Source of the DNA: the human T2T-CHM13v2.0 reference genome, Homo sapiens
Reading direction: 5' to 3' (one strand)
Assembly (NCBI RefSeq): GCF_009914755.1
Contig: NC_060925.1
Length of the DNA: 64,000 nucleotides
Shown here: piece by piece, positions 1 through 11,660 of the stretch
How the letters are laid out: each line of letters opens with the position of its first letter
Numbering within the stretch: position 1 is the first letter of the stretch
Position numbers and translations under genes: made by a program
Notes under the pieces: generated by a model
The model's input: only the letters and a program-made list of their open reading frames with translations
Told to the model about the DNA's origin: nothing
Database searches by the model: none

Positions 1-285
<285 letters not shown>

Positions 286-394
286 GTCAACTGTCAGTGA
301 AGAAGCTGGGAGTCACATAGTATTATAACCCAAGTAAATTCAGGCATCTTGGAATCTCAGCCACATACATGTATAGTGGTAAGAGAGAGAAAGA

Positions 395-600
395 ACAAAT
401 ACTTACTATTTATGATCTGTTCTAGGTGCTGGGATTATAGTAGTGAAAAGGTATACAATATCCATGGCTTAATGAAATTTGTATTCCAATGAGGAGCCGC
501 ATAATAAAAACCATATAAACAAATACATATGCAATAATTACAAGAGCAGATGTGGAGCAAGAGTAAGTAATAAAACACATTGGATAAGTTGGGATCAAAA
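395..600 (-). mobile_element. L2 LINE 3' fragment
   Basis: Degenerate 'aacaaatacttact...ctaggtgctgggattatagtagtgaa' matches antisense L2 3' end. Confidence 0.6.
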
Positions 601-1838
601 TAATTGGTGGGGATTACAACCTATTTCAACTATTTTTTCTTTTTAGGGGTGGGATCGTTCTATATTGCCCTTAAGCATTTTTTATTTTTGTGACTTAGAT
701 TTGAACTTGTTTGAATATGTTAGCTGGAATATCTGTGTAGTTTACTTGCAGAAAGATTGTTCTTGAAAATGTATTCATTCTTTCATTTTTTTTGTCAAAT
801 ATTTATTGATTGCCCAAGAGTATAGCAGGCATTATTATTTGATTGATCCCTTTTATTTTACATTTTTATTAGTCAACAAAATCGTTATCATTTTATATGT
901 TAATATTTTGCAAAAGGGAGGTAGTAATTTTATTGCAAAACTGGCCATGATGTACTTTGCCTCTTACTACAACTTGAGTTTGTTTTAAGATGTAATATTG
1001 ACAATCTTAACTGTTCTTTCTCTATGAAAGATTAAAATGGTTTAATAGGGTTATACTTACCAAGCCTAATACCAGTGGGTAAGGCATTGAGAGGCAAGGA
1101 TAAGGAAGAATGAATTTAATTTTATGAATTTACAGCTGGCTATTTGTTTTCAATAACTTGCTGGTGATACAAGGCTAAACCACTCAATATTATTCAGTCA
1201 TCTTGAGCTTTGGTTTTCTTGAAATTATTGATTCAGCATGTAGCACACCCAGACAGAAAAAAAAAAAAAAGCCTAGTGAAGGCAGAAAGCTTTTAGGATT
1301 GCTGCTTACCTTGACTGTTGTATTATATTGGATGCACCAAATTCAGGCATCAATATATAACATTATTTGTAAATGTTGTTTAACTTGGGATGTTGTGAAC
1401 ATTATGTGATTTAATGTGAATGGTCAAATCAAATTCTGTAGTAATAACAATGTATAATTTGCATGCATTGAATTATGAAAGATGTAGAGTAGATTCAGCA
1501 GTAACTAGAATTCATAATGTTCTTTGAGACACATGTAAGGCCAGCAAAGTTTTAGTACACATGCAGAAGTCAAAAATAACAAGTATGGGACAGCCTATTT
1601 TTTTGCCTTTAGTGTCCCCTTATTCCCAGGTCTTGGAGCTATAGGACCTCTATTAGATGAGAAGGGGACCTTTGGTGGCTGGTGGATGTGATGGAATGAG
1701 AACTCCTCAGAGTCCTCCTGGCTGAGTGGGTTAATGTGGGCCCCATATCTCTTTAAAGAGCTCAGCTAGGTGTCAGCAGTGTTCTTGAACAGCTGGATGT
1801 GCTGTCTTTCCTTTCTGTTTGACTAAGGGGTAGGAGTT

Positions 1839-2100
1839 ACAGAAAATCAAACACCGCATGTTCTCACTCATAGGTGAGAATTGAACAATGAAAACACTTG
1901 GACACAGGGTGGGGAATATCACATACCGGGGCCTGTCATGGGGTGGGAGGAGGGGGGAGGGATAGCATTAGGAGATATACCTAATGTAAATGACGAGTTA
2001 TTGGGTGCAGCACACCAACATGGCACATGTATACATATGTAACAAACCTGCACTTTGTGCACATGTACCCTAGAACTTAAAAGTATAATAATAAAAAATA
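1839..2100 (+). mobile_element. L1PA (L1PA4/5-like) 3' UTR fragment
   Basis: 'aaacaccgcatgttctcactcatagg...gatagcattaggagatatacc...acatgtaccctagaacttaaaagtataataataaa'. Confidence 0.95.
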
Positions 2101-2145
2101 TATAATAATCCCCTTCCTGACCTCCCCTCCCCTCCCCGCTCTTCC

Positions 2146-2440
2146 TTTTTGTTGTTGTTGTTGTTAAGACAGGTTCTCACTCTGTCACCCAGGCTGGAGT
2201 ATAGTGGTAAGATTATAGCTCACTGTAACTTTGATCAGGCTGATCCTCCCACTTCAGCATCCCGAATAACTAGGACTACAGGTGCGTGCCACCATGCCCA
2301 GCTATTTTTAAAAATTTTTTTTGTAGAGATGGGGTCTCGCTATGTTGATCAGGCTGCTCTTGAACTCCTGGCCTCAAACAGTCATCCTGCCTTAGCCTCC
2401 CGAAGTGCTGGGATTACAGATGTGAGCCACCTTGCCCGAC
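2146..2440 (-). mobile_element. AluJ
   Basis: Antisense Alu with J-type 'gagatggggtctcgctatgttg' and (TTG)n tail. Confidence 0.93.
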
Positions 2441-2889
2441 AATAATAAACTCTTCTATTCCTTAAGTCCACTATGATGAAAGCTGTGTTTGTACAATAAA
2501 ATTATTTTTAAAATTTCTTCTTCTATTGAATAAATTAAATCTTATAAGTATGGCAACTATTATAATACCGTATCAGCACATGTAAAGAAATTTTATGACA
2601 ACATTGATATAATGAAGAAAGCCAATGAAATCACTATGAGAAAAATGAGCTTCAAAATTTTTCAATTTTTGAACAGTAAAAATTGAGAAATGTTCGTAAG
2701 TATTTCCTTAACTTAAAATTATGTCTCTATAAAAACTTTGTCCCACAAATACAAATTTTATAAGAATATTTCATTTATAGTTTAAATTTTAATTGACCAA
2801 AAAGTTCTCATCTTGTATACTTAGTATAGCAAAGATAATACCTTAACTAGTCCCAAATAAATCAGTTGTGCTTGTTTAATAAATTTGTT

Positions 2890-3140
2890 TTCCTAATAAA
2901 AATACAATTCATTCTCGTTATAGAAAATTTGGGAAATTCAGACAGGTAGAAGGAGAAAGAATATCTATAATTGTATTATCCAGAAACAACTTCATTAGTA
3001 TTTTGCTGTATTTGCTCCTTGTTTTTTCACAAAGTCGAGATCATACATGTATCATTTGAGCTACGATAATTTTAATTCAGTATCATAACAGAAACTTTTC
3101 CCCAAATTGATCACATGTGAATTTTTAATAGAATTTCTTA
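2890..3140 (-). mobile_element. Ancient L1ME-like 3' fragment
   Basis: 'tagaaaatttgggaaattcagacagg...tatccagaaacaacttcattagtattttg' resembles antisense L1ME 3' UTR. Confidence 0.45.
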
Positions 3141-4145
3141 TAATTGCTATCCTATCTCTTTATCATTGTTCCTTTGATGAAAAATACTAACTTGAACTAC
3201 AGATGCTAAACTCAGGAGAAACATAGGTGACGGAGGGTCTCTGATGTACAATACGTGTAAATGAAAACTAAGAACTAATTTGAACATAATAAAAATTATG
3301 TGCCTTGAAATTAAAGAGAAAAATAACTTACTCTCACAATAAAACCCCAAGTTTTGTGACTTATGAGGTAATTTTGAGCAGTGTCTGAAGCAATATCAAA
3401 TGACTTTTGAATGTCTTATCTTTTAATGTCAAAGACATGTTGGTTTTACCACATAGAGTAAAACATTTAATACTATGTAACATCAATAAGCAAGATTAAC
3501 ATTTGTAATCTCCTAAAATGATTTCATGATGCAATGCTCAATAAATTGGTAGAAAAGTTAGGATCAAATCAATGAATTTATATATGTTTAATTTTATTGT
3601 TGTCAATGTATTAAACTTCTAAATGTTAAATCTCACTTTAGGGAACTGAAAGACACATTCTGTAACACACACAAAAAATCAACATTAAGGAATGTAAGAT
3701 TTTCAATAAAGCATTTCACTAAGTGATGAGATCACCATGTAGTTGTCTGTTGCATAGTTATTTGTCAGTTCAAGTTTTTATTACGTGATTTTCTGTTTTG
3801 GCCTAATAGGAACTATAAACGTGGGACCGAATCTTTTAGCCAACTTTTTACAAAGAAAAGCATAGCAACTCTGGAGATGGGTGAGGCCTACAAATACAAT
3901 TGAGTTGAACAGCTAGAATGGTTTTGATAAATGGGAGAGCAATGAAAGTCAAGCCCAGAGAGAGAAGGGATGTTGGAAATTATTTTTGTAAAAGAACAGA
4001 GACTCACTCAAATGACCTAGAGAGAACTAGTGCTTCTGGTAAAGATATCGAAGCTGTGGTGGGCTATGTTAAAGGAAATATGGGCAAGAGAATCTGTAAA
4101 ATGTCTACTGTTGACATTAAAATTGATGTATTAATATTTATTATA

Positions 4146-4802
4146 CAGTAGTTCCCCCTTGTCCATGGTTTTGCTTTCTGCAGTTTCAGTTACCCATGGT
4201 CAAATGTGGACTGAAAATACTAAAAACAAAATTTTGGAGATAAACAATTCGTAAGTTTTAAATTGTGTATAGTGTCACACTGTCCCACCTCATCACGCCC
4301 AGGTTGTGAATCAGTCTGTAATTTGGCGTGTACACCACCTGCCCGTTAGTCACCTAGTAACCTTCCCAGTTATCAGATCAACTGTCATGGTATCACAGTA
4401 CTTGTGTTCAGTAACCCTTATTTTACTTAATAATGGACCCAAAGTGAAAATTAATATGCTGGAAATTACAGTACAGCAAAGAGAAGCCATAAAGTGCTTC
4501 CTTTATGTGAGGAGGTGAAAGTTCTCAATTTAGAAAGAAAAAAATTACATGCTGGGGTGGCTAAGATCTATAGTTACAACAAATCTATCTATGAAATTGT
4601 GAACAGTGTATTGTTATAATTGTCCTAGTCTATCATGAGTTATTGTCATTAATCTCTTATTGTGCTTAGTTTATACATTAAGTTTTATCATAGTATGTAT
4701 AGGGGAAAATATCTATTACATGTTTAGGGTTTGGTACTATCTGGTTTCAGGCATTCACTGGGAGTCTTGGAACATATCCCTTGTGGATAAGGGGAACTGT
4801 TG
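4146..4802 (+). mobile_element. MER44 (Tigger7-derived) non-autonomous DNA transposon
   Basis: TIRs cagtagttcccccttgtcca / tggataaggggaactgttg, TA target duplications on both sides. Confidence 0.88.
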
Positions 4803-4839
4803 TATATGCAAAAATAATAGAATCATATTAAACTGACTT

Positions 4840-5420
4840 TGTAGTATGCAGTGGACAGACCCTCAGTCACCCCCCAGTGATCCCTACCTCCTGGTGTTCA
4901 TAGCTTTGTATAATTCCCTACCCTTGAATGCAGGCAGAGCTGGTGATTTGCTTCTAACCAGTAGAATCTGGCAAAGGTAATAGGGTATCACTTCTGTTAT
5001 TATTTTATGTTACAATTTTGTCTAGCTAGAAGGCTCACTTTTAGAGACTCTGCTTTGCCAGGTTTGATGAAGACATTGGCCATGTTGAGGGGAGGGCTAT
5101 GTAGTGAGGCATTTCTTATGGTCTCTAGGAGCTGAGGGTGGTCCTCCAGTACAGGCAGCCATAAGCCAGAGCCCTTGGTTCCACAGCTTCAAGGAAACAA
5201 AATCTGCCAACAGCCTGGGTGAAAAGTAAACAACTCTTTCCCAGCTGGTCTTCTAGATGAGAACCCACTCCTTGCTGACACTTTGATTGCAGCCTTGTGG
5301 AAAACCTAGCTGAATTTTCCATGCACTCCTGACCCACAGTAGACTATGATATAATAAACATATTGTTTTAAGCCACTGAGTTTGTGGTAATTTGTTACAC
5401 AGCAATAGATAACAAATACA
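4840..5420 (+). mobile_element. MaLR solo LTR (MLT1F-like)
   Basis: MLT1 3' end 'tgttttaagccactgagtttgtggtaatttgttacacagcaatagataacaaataca' and MLT1F-like 5' part. Confidence 0.85.
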
Positions 5421-5559
5421 TACTGATTCCTGGTTTAAAAGACAGAGAGCTGATATGATTTGGATGCTGAAAATTTTGGAATCAGAGCCACAGCAGAAAG
5501 GCCAGTTTGCTTCTGCTTTTCTGCTATTTATAAGCTACATATCTATTACTTTCCATTTG

Positions 5560-5980
5560 ACTCCTCCTGTTTGCTCTCCACAACAATTCTCCCTTCCTTG
5601 TGATCCAGGGAGCTGACCCATATAGATTGTCCTCTGATGTAGGCAACAGGGCACCAGCAAAAGACTGAGGCTGGAAGGAAAAAGGGCTATTTGATTCTTT
5701 CCCTGCCAGGTCTTTGCAGGTTAGTTGTGAGGAAAAAAAACACTTTTAGGTGCCCCTTTCCAAACAACTCTATCTTTTGGGTTTAGCTAACCACCCCTGC
5801 CCCTGAGCTCCTTCAAGCCTAGGGGTAATGATGGCTCCCCCCACTCTAAGCTCGATGGTTCTGTACCATACCTTGCTGCTTTTCTTAAACTCTGCTTACC
5901 CCTTTTTAAATAGTTCCTTTATTAAAGTACCATCAAATTACCACATTTGAGTGTGTCATCTGTTTCCTGATAGATAATAC
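5560..5980 (+). mobile_element. ERVL LTR33-like solo LTR
   Basis: 3' end 'aaatagttcctttattaaagtaccatcaaattaccacatttgagtgtgtcatctgtttcctg'. Confidence 0.65.
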
Positions 5981-6819
5981 AGAGTTCAACAATGTTTTTT
6001 GAATGACACTGTCCAGAATTAAAAGCAAGAAATCTGTAAATATAGATTCTGAGTTGGAAGAAGGGACTTTGTAAGGAAAGGGAGATAAGGAGGGAAGCAT
6101 CATTCTGTTATTGGTTGTCTGTCAGGCTTTACAACTATATGTAAATATGTCATGTCAAGGAACTTACAGGAAATCCATTCTTAGAAATCCTCTTTTGTAG
6201 ATTGCAGGCTCAAAGGGGAGAATATAGCTAGACTTCAGTTTGCCTCTGAAGCCTGCGCAGAGAACACGCCATTCTTTTATATTCCTGCATGCTATTTTGT
6301 AAATAAAAAGAACATTGAACTCGACTGACAAAGATTAAGAAGAGAAACTGTAAGAACTCCTTCTCCAGAGATTCCAGAAACAGAAAGACAGCCATCTGTC
6401 TGGACAGGCAGAGGCACAGTGCCGGATGAAAGATTCTTTGATTTATTTCTTTTTTTGTCCGAGGTTAAAAGCGAATGTTAGTATAAAGTCGCTGAGTGTC
6501 ACGTGTATCATTCTATTTCAAATGTGTACGATAGGCAAGATGAGTCTGGGAACTTGACACAATAGATTTTCAAAGAATCTGGCTTTTTCATGATTTTGCA
6601 AAAGATAGGAACAAGAGCAAGACTACCTTAAGACCAGTTTTCTGATGCCTTGGAAAGTTAATATTTCTGTTTAATATAGTGCAGCTACGGGATTTGAATA
6701 ACGTGGACAGAATGAGATGTTTAGGAAAGCAGACGGCCTAGGAAGATGTATATGTCACCTTGGCCCCCACTTCCCTCACACCAAGGGAAGGGATTAGGGA
6801 TTAAAGGCTCTTAACCTTG

Positions 6820-6935
6820 ATTATAGAATATTAGAGCCAGGAGGGATTGAAGAGATTATCTAATACCATTTCCTTATTTTCCAATTGAGAAAACTAAGCC
6901 ATTGAAAATTACATGGATTTGTCTCAACTTATATA
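6820..6935 (-). mobile_element. MIR SINE fragment
   Basis: 'atagaatattagagccaggagggattgaagagattatctaa...ttattttccaattgagaaaactaagcc' MIR core. Confidence 0.6.
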
Positions 6936-7639
6936 ATGGGTCTGTGAGTTTGATGAAGTCTAACTTTCTCTTTCCAAGCAATTTTTTTCTCTTCCTTTAA
7001 AAGAGTAGGCCCTTACTTACAACATACACATCCCGAAGTTATGAATTCAACTCAAACACTTTAGTCTCACTGCTCATGCTTCTGTAAGTCTGTGAGGGAA
7101 GGAAGAGGATTCTTAGCTATGAGGGGAATAAAATGTTGGAGTCCTCACCACACCAGGCAGGGTATAGCCCTCTCCAAGGTCACAGAAAGTGTCAAAATAA
7201 CCTGTGGGGCCTTGAATAAACTAAGGCCTTCTTGCTCATCCAGGGAACAGTAATTTCCCGGGCCAGGCCAGCCTTAATACCGTAAGTTGTCTTTGCAGAG
7301 AATGCAACTGGGCTCATTTGAGAGCTACCCTGCATCTTCCTGAACATGGTTTGACATTCAGGGGCCTGGAAGCTGCTTTGGGAAAATGGATTAACTGGTA
7401 ATTTCAAAATACACCACAAAGTGCTTCTAATATGCCTATATTTTTCAAACACTATTTGTGTTTCTGCTCAAACTGCTGTATTTTTATAGTAACTGGAGCA
7501 AGTTTTATATTTAAGGACTAAATACACCAATTCATTTTGAGGGCAAAAAAAAAAATTGTTACACAGTGGTAAATTTTCGTTACAGCCCAGACCCTCCCAT
7601 CTCTTAATAAATTGCTTCAAAAGCACTTGCTAAAGACAC

Positions 7640-7748
7640 AGTCCACACACAGCTGTCTTACACACACACTGCTCATGTGTACACATACATATATATAGAC
7701 AGTCACAATGTATACACACATATACTCCTGCACATATACACACACGTA
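7640..7748. repeat. Degenerate (CA/TA)n low-complexity tract
   Basis: Alternating purine-pyrimidine runs. Confidence 0.7.
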
Positions 7749-8209
7749 GCCAAACTAGGACTCTACCCCAATACCTGGATTCACAGTTTGGTGATCCTTC
7801 CTCAATGCAGTGCTCTTGCTCATACATAATGAAGCCAAATAGTTTCTTCTTGGTCCAAATTATATTCTCAGATAAGATGAATTGTTAGTTGCTTATCTCA
7901 GTATATAACCTCATTTAGGTGATAAATAGAACTTTCTTGATGTTTAAAAAGCAGTTCAGTTTTTATCATATCCTCCCATGTCGGCAGGTGGTAGAACCTT
8001 ACTCATGGTCAGCCTAGAGGAAGCATTTTCCCTGGGGTTAGTTTCATTCCTGGCATTGTGGAATTGTCTGTCTCTCTTTCCCTATCTGGGCGAACATCCT
8101 CGGAGACACCACCCTTCTCCTGTATCACAGCTGTGTTATCCTTCATTTCTGACCATAAGCTCTTCAGTTGAAGCTCTCTCTGCTATTTCAGGGCCCCTCT
8201 CTGGGCATT

Positions 8210-8271
8210 TAAGATAGTCACACCAAATTCCCTGTGACCCCACATGAAAGGAATTTGGTGTGACTATCTTA
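8210..8271. repeat. Perfect 22-bp inverted repeat with 18-nt spacer (pre-miRNA-like hairpin)
   Basis: taagatagtcacaccaaattcc (8210-8231) is the exact reverse complement of ggaatttggtgtgactatctta (8250-8271). Confidence 0.95.
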
Positions 8272-8437
8272 GGACCATATGTCTATATTTTTCATATTGC
8301 TATTACACTTCTAGGGCATTTCACTTGGGAATAAACCCACAGATTCCCTAAAACTTTATGAGTTTCTGTTAGATCCTACATTCTGGGGGAGGGTGTGGGG
8401 CCCCTTTTCAGAGCCCAATCAAAGTCTAAACTTTCCT

Positions 8438-8732
8438 TGTTTTTTTTCAGAGTCTTGCTGTGTCGCCCAGGCTGGAGTGCAGTGGTACTATCTTGGCTCA
8501 CTGCAACCTCCACCTCCTGGGCTCCTGGGTTCAAGTGATTCTTGTGCCTCAGCCTCCCGAGTAGCTGGGGCTACAGGCATGCGCCACCACACCCAGCTAA
8601 TTTTGTATTTTAAGTAGAGATGAGGTTTTGCCATGTTGGCCAGGCTGGTCTTGAACTCCTGGCCTCAAGTGATCTCCCCGCCTCGGCCCCTCAAAGTGTT
8701 GAGATTACAGGCATGAGCCACCGCGCCTGTCC
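8438..8732 (-). mobile_element. AluS
   Basis: Antisense Alu, TSD tccttgtttt, small internal ctcctggg duplication. Confidence 0.95.
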
Positions 8733-9394
8733 TGTCCTTGTTTTCTATCTGTCCCCTCCCTGACTCTGCCCCAACTTGTAGACTTCTTAATCTAGTCATG
8801 GAGTGAAGAAGCTTTGCTCTGATGCATCAGGTATTCTAAATCTATTTTTTATGCCCTGATTCCCTTAGCAGAGTTTAGGTGTTCGAAGATTGAATGGCTT
8901 CCCCACCTCAGTCTGTTTTGTCATCCCTGCCCTGAGGTCTTGAACACACATTGCTCTTATATGTTAGGGAAAGAGCCAGGGGTAAAAGGAAACATCAAGA
9001 ACAGAAATCTTTCTTGGTATTTTCAATACATTATATCACCACAGATGTATTAGCAAAGACATTTTATTTTGATAACTTCAGATTCTCAACCCCAGAAATA
9101 GTCTATTCTAACAACAAATCTTATAAAACTTTGAAAGTTGAACATGCTGGTATTTAAAATCTGAACACTGACTTGAGGTTATACCAGCACTTTCTCTCAA
9201 CCTGAGTGTTCTGCAGGCATCTCAGGCTCATACCCCAAAAAGCTTAATTTCATTGCCCCAAACCACAGCTTTTATTTCAATAGTCTTACTGGCTTATGAC
9301 ATCTGTTTCAGCTCAATACTCCTTGATTACTTTCCCTCAGTTCACAACCAAGCAGTGATCCAGCAATTTTCTGTACTCTTGTTGGTGCTTATAT

Positions 9395-9568
9395 CAGTGG
9401 TTCCCAAACTAGTCTGCACCTTAGACTCTCCTAAAAGCATGGGAAAATTCCATTGCCCAAACCACACCCAAGACTATTAAAACATCATCTCTGGAGGTGG
9501 TGTTCAGGCGTCAGTAGTGTTGGGAGTTCTTTAAGTGATTCCAGTCTGCAGAGAAGTGGGTGTCATTG
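9395..9568. mobile_element. MER5A-like hAT-Charlie MITE
   Basis: 'cagtggttcccaaact...catctctggaggtgg...cagg...cagt...aagtgattcc' MER5 pattern. Confidence 0.7.
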
Positions 9569-10254
9569 CCTTAGATGAAAGGACCCAACTCATGGAGATG
9601 CCTGGGATCTTCTGGCCCTTCTCTAGTGGTTTGTGACCAAAGACTCACTGACTGTGTGTTTGGGGAATGGGAGGGGTGGGGGAGGGTGTATCAAATCTCA
9701 GCTTCCTCGTCTCAAGGCAAGATAAGCCCCAGTGCAATTTGTGTTCCAGAATTCCTCTTGGGATCTATCTGAAGCTAGACTTCTGATACAATATCCTTTT
9801 TTTTTCTTTTTAATCATGAAATAGTTTTAATTCAACATACAGGATGAGTAATCTGCAGGGTAGCTTACTCATTACTCATTAACATTCACACACGGAGTAA
9901 ACAACACAATTGGTATCATCTTTGAACAAATGAACAGTAAAGCATTTTTATTTGGAAAAAAAATTTTTTCCATACACATTTTGTCTTTGCCTATATCTAA
10001 ATTCATTTAGAGTTTACTAGTTACTTGATTTAATATGTTAATAACTGGCTTTTCCATACAACCTCACAGCATGACATCATGAGAAAATAAAAGACTTTTA
10101 GTGCCAAGAATCAGCGAATTGTTAGGAGACTATCTTTAAAATATAGGTAACCAGAAAATTCATAGGAATGCCAAGGACCCTTAAGAGCAGTGCTCTGTGC
10201 TAGTTCATCTTTTGGCTTTTTCTTTTTTTATCGATACCTCATATGATACCACAC

Positions 10255-10392
10255 CTTTGCTTAGCATTCCTCCTGCCCTATCCTTCTTTCTTCTCTTCCT
10301 TACAGGTTTCTTTTCAGAGCACTCCCTCATTAAACCCCTTGTACAAGGATTCTCATCCTAAGTTCTGTTTCTAGAAAACTCAACTTAAGACA
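10255..10392 (+). mobile_element. ERVL LTR16-like 3' fragment
   Basis: 'attaaacccc...tctgtttctagaaaactcaacttaagaca' typical LTR16 end. Confidence 0.55.
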
Positions 10393-10540
10393 CGGGTAGG
10401 TGATGACTGTAGACAGTTGGGACGGTTTGTTAATTCTAACATTTTAAGCTTCAAAGAGACTTAAGCCTACTTATAGGAAGAAGAAAGAGAACCAGAGGAA
10501 AATTAGGACTAGAGTTAGAATTACAGAGATGAGGCATTAA

Positions 10541-10669
10541 CCCAGTTATGCCTAGTGTTCCATTATTGGAACGCTAAGCTTGTGGGAGTTATTTATATCC
10601 TACTGCTCAAGGTCATCACCAAGGTCTGATTTTTCACAAAAATCCTTTGCAAGCTCCAGCATAAATGCG
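10541..10669 (+). mobile_element. MER85 piggyBac (PGBD3-derived) MITE
   Basis: TTAA TSDs at 10537-10540 and 10670-10673; TIRs cccagttatgc / gcataaatgcg; internal palindrome GTTCCATTATTGGAAC at 10557-10572; body matches MER85 consensus. Confidence 0.95.
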
Positions 10670-10703
10670 TTAACGAGAGGAAGTTTGGAGGAGGCCTTAG
10701 AGA

Positions 10704-11238
10704 TGTTAAAGGATGCCCCTGACAGACAGACAAAATGGACTCCCTGTAGCTAACAGAGGTGCTCAAAATCAGAATAAGCAGCCATAGTGAAGTAAGGGAG
10801 CGGTCACATATTGTTTTCTGAGAAAGATGTTGTAGAAGTATCACAGGACTTCCCTTTCTACAGTCAAGCCAAACTGACTTTTGTTGTGGGTGCCAAGATA
10901 AATTGTGGCTAGAACGCGTTTCTTCCCTCACCCCCACTCCCCCAACTGGCCATTTGAAAGAAACATCTTCTGGTTTGGGGCTTGAAAATAATCCAGTCAG
11001 GGCTCCACTATTTTGAGCAATCAGAACTGAACAAGTTTGAATCTTTCATTTGCATGAATGGACCTGATTGAGAACCAGGGTGAGAACTTTCCTTACTTAA
11101 GCCAGACCCTCCTTTGGTTCTTCAGAAAGCACACGTTCACTTGTACTGAAGGTGGCGCCTCCCCAGTCTGCAGATAGTTTTTTATAGAAAATAAAGTTCT
11201 CCCTTTTCCTCTGCAGTTCCCATCGTCTTTTCTTAACA
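10704..11238 (+). mobile_element. ERV1 solo LTR (MER67-like)
   Basis: tgttaa...ttaaca termini, 'aaaatggactccctgtagctaac...gaggtgctcaaa' motif, AATAAA near 3' end, octamer ATTTGCAT at 11048-11055. Confidence 0.7.
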
Positions 11239-11302
11239 GAATAGTGTTAAGAATCTGTTCTGCCTGCTAAGCTCAGTCTAGCATAGTCTACTTGGCATCA
11301 TA

Positions 11303-11660
11303 TCATTGATTCATTTATTTATTCATGCATCAAATATTTTTAGGTGCCTGTCATATGCCTGACACTATATTAGGCATACAATTTTAAAATGTAAAGACCC
11401 CAATCCCATAGAAGCTTATATCCCAGTTATTACAATTTAGTGGAAACAATGAAAACAAAAACTATTATAAGGCAGTGTGATCGTTTTTGTAAAAAGGGTA
11501 GAAAATGCTATGCAAGAACAAAAGAGATGCAGCTGATACTGACAGTAGACAAAATAATTTGCAAAGGAGATAAAGTTTGAACTGGGAATTCAAGGGTGAG
11601 TTTAAAATATGCATGGGAAGTGAGGAGGAGCTGTCTACATATATGAACAGGGCCAAAGCC
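11303..11660 (-). mobile_element. L2 LINE 3' fragment
   Basis: 'tcattgattcatttatttattcatgcatcaaatatttttaggtgcctg...atgcctgacactatattaggc'. Confidence 0.75.

Noticed and set aside
1446-1464. SOX site next to an octamer as an OCT4-SOX2 composite
   Set aside because: Order and spacing do not match the canonical CATTGTTATGCAAAT composite
10593-10937. 114-aa minus-strand ORF
   Set aside because: Spans the MER85/LTR junction; no recognisable protein or splice context
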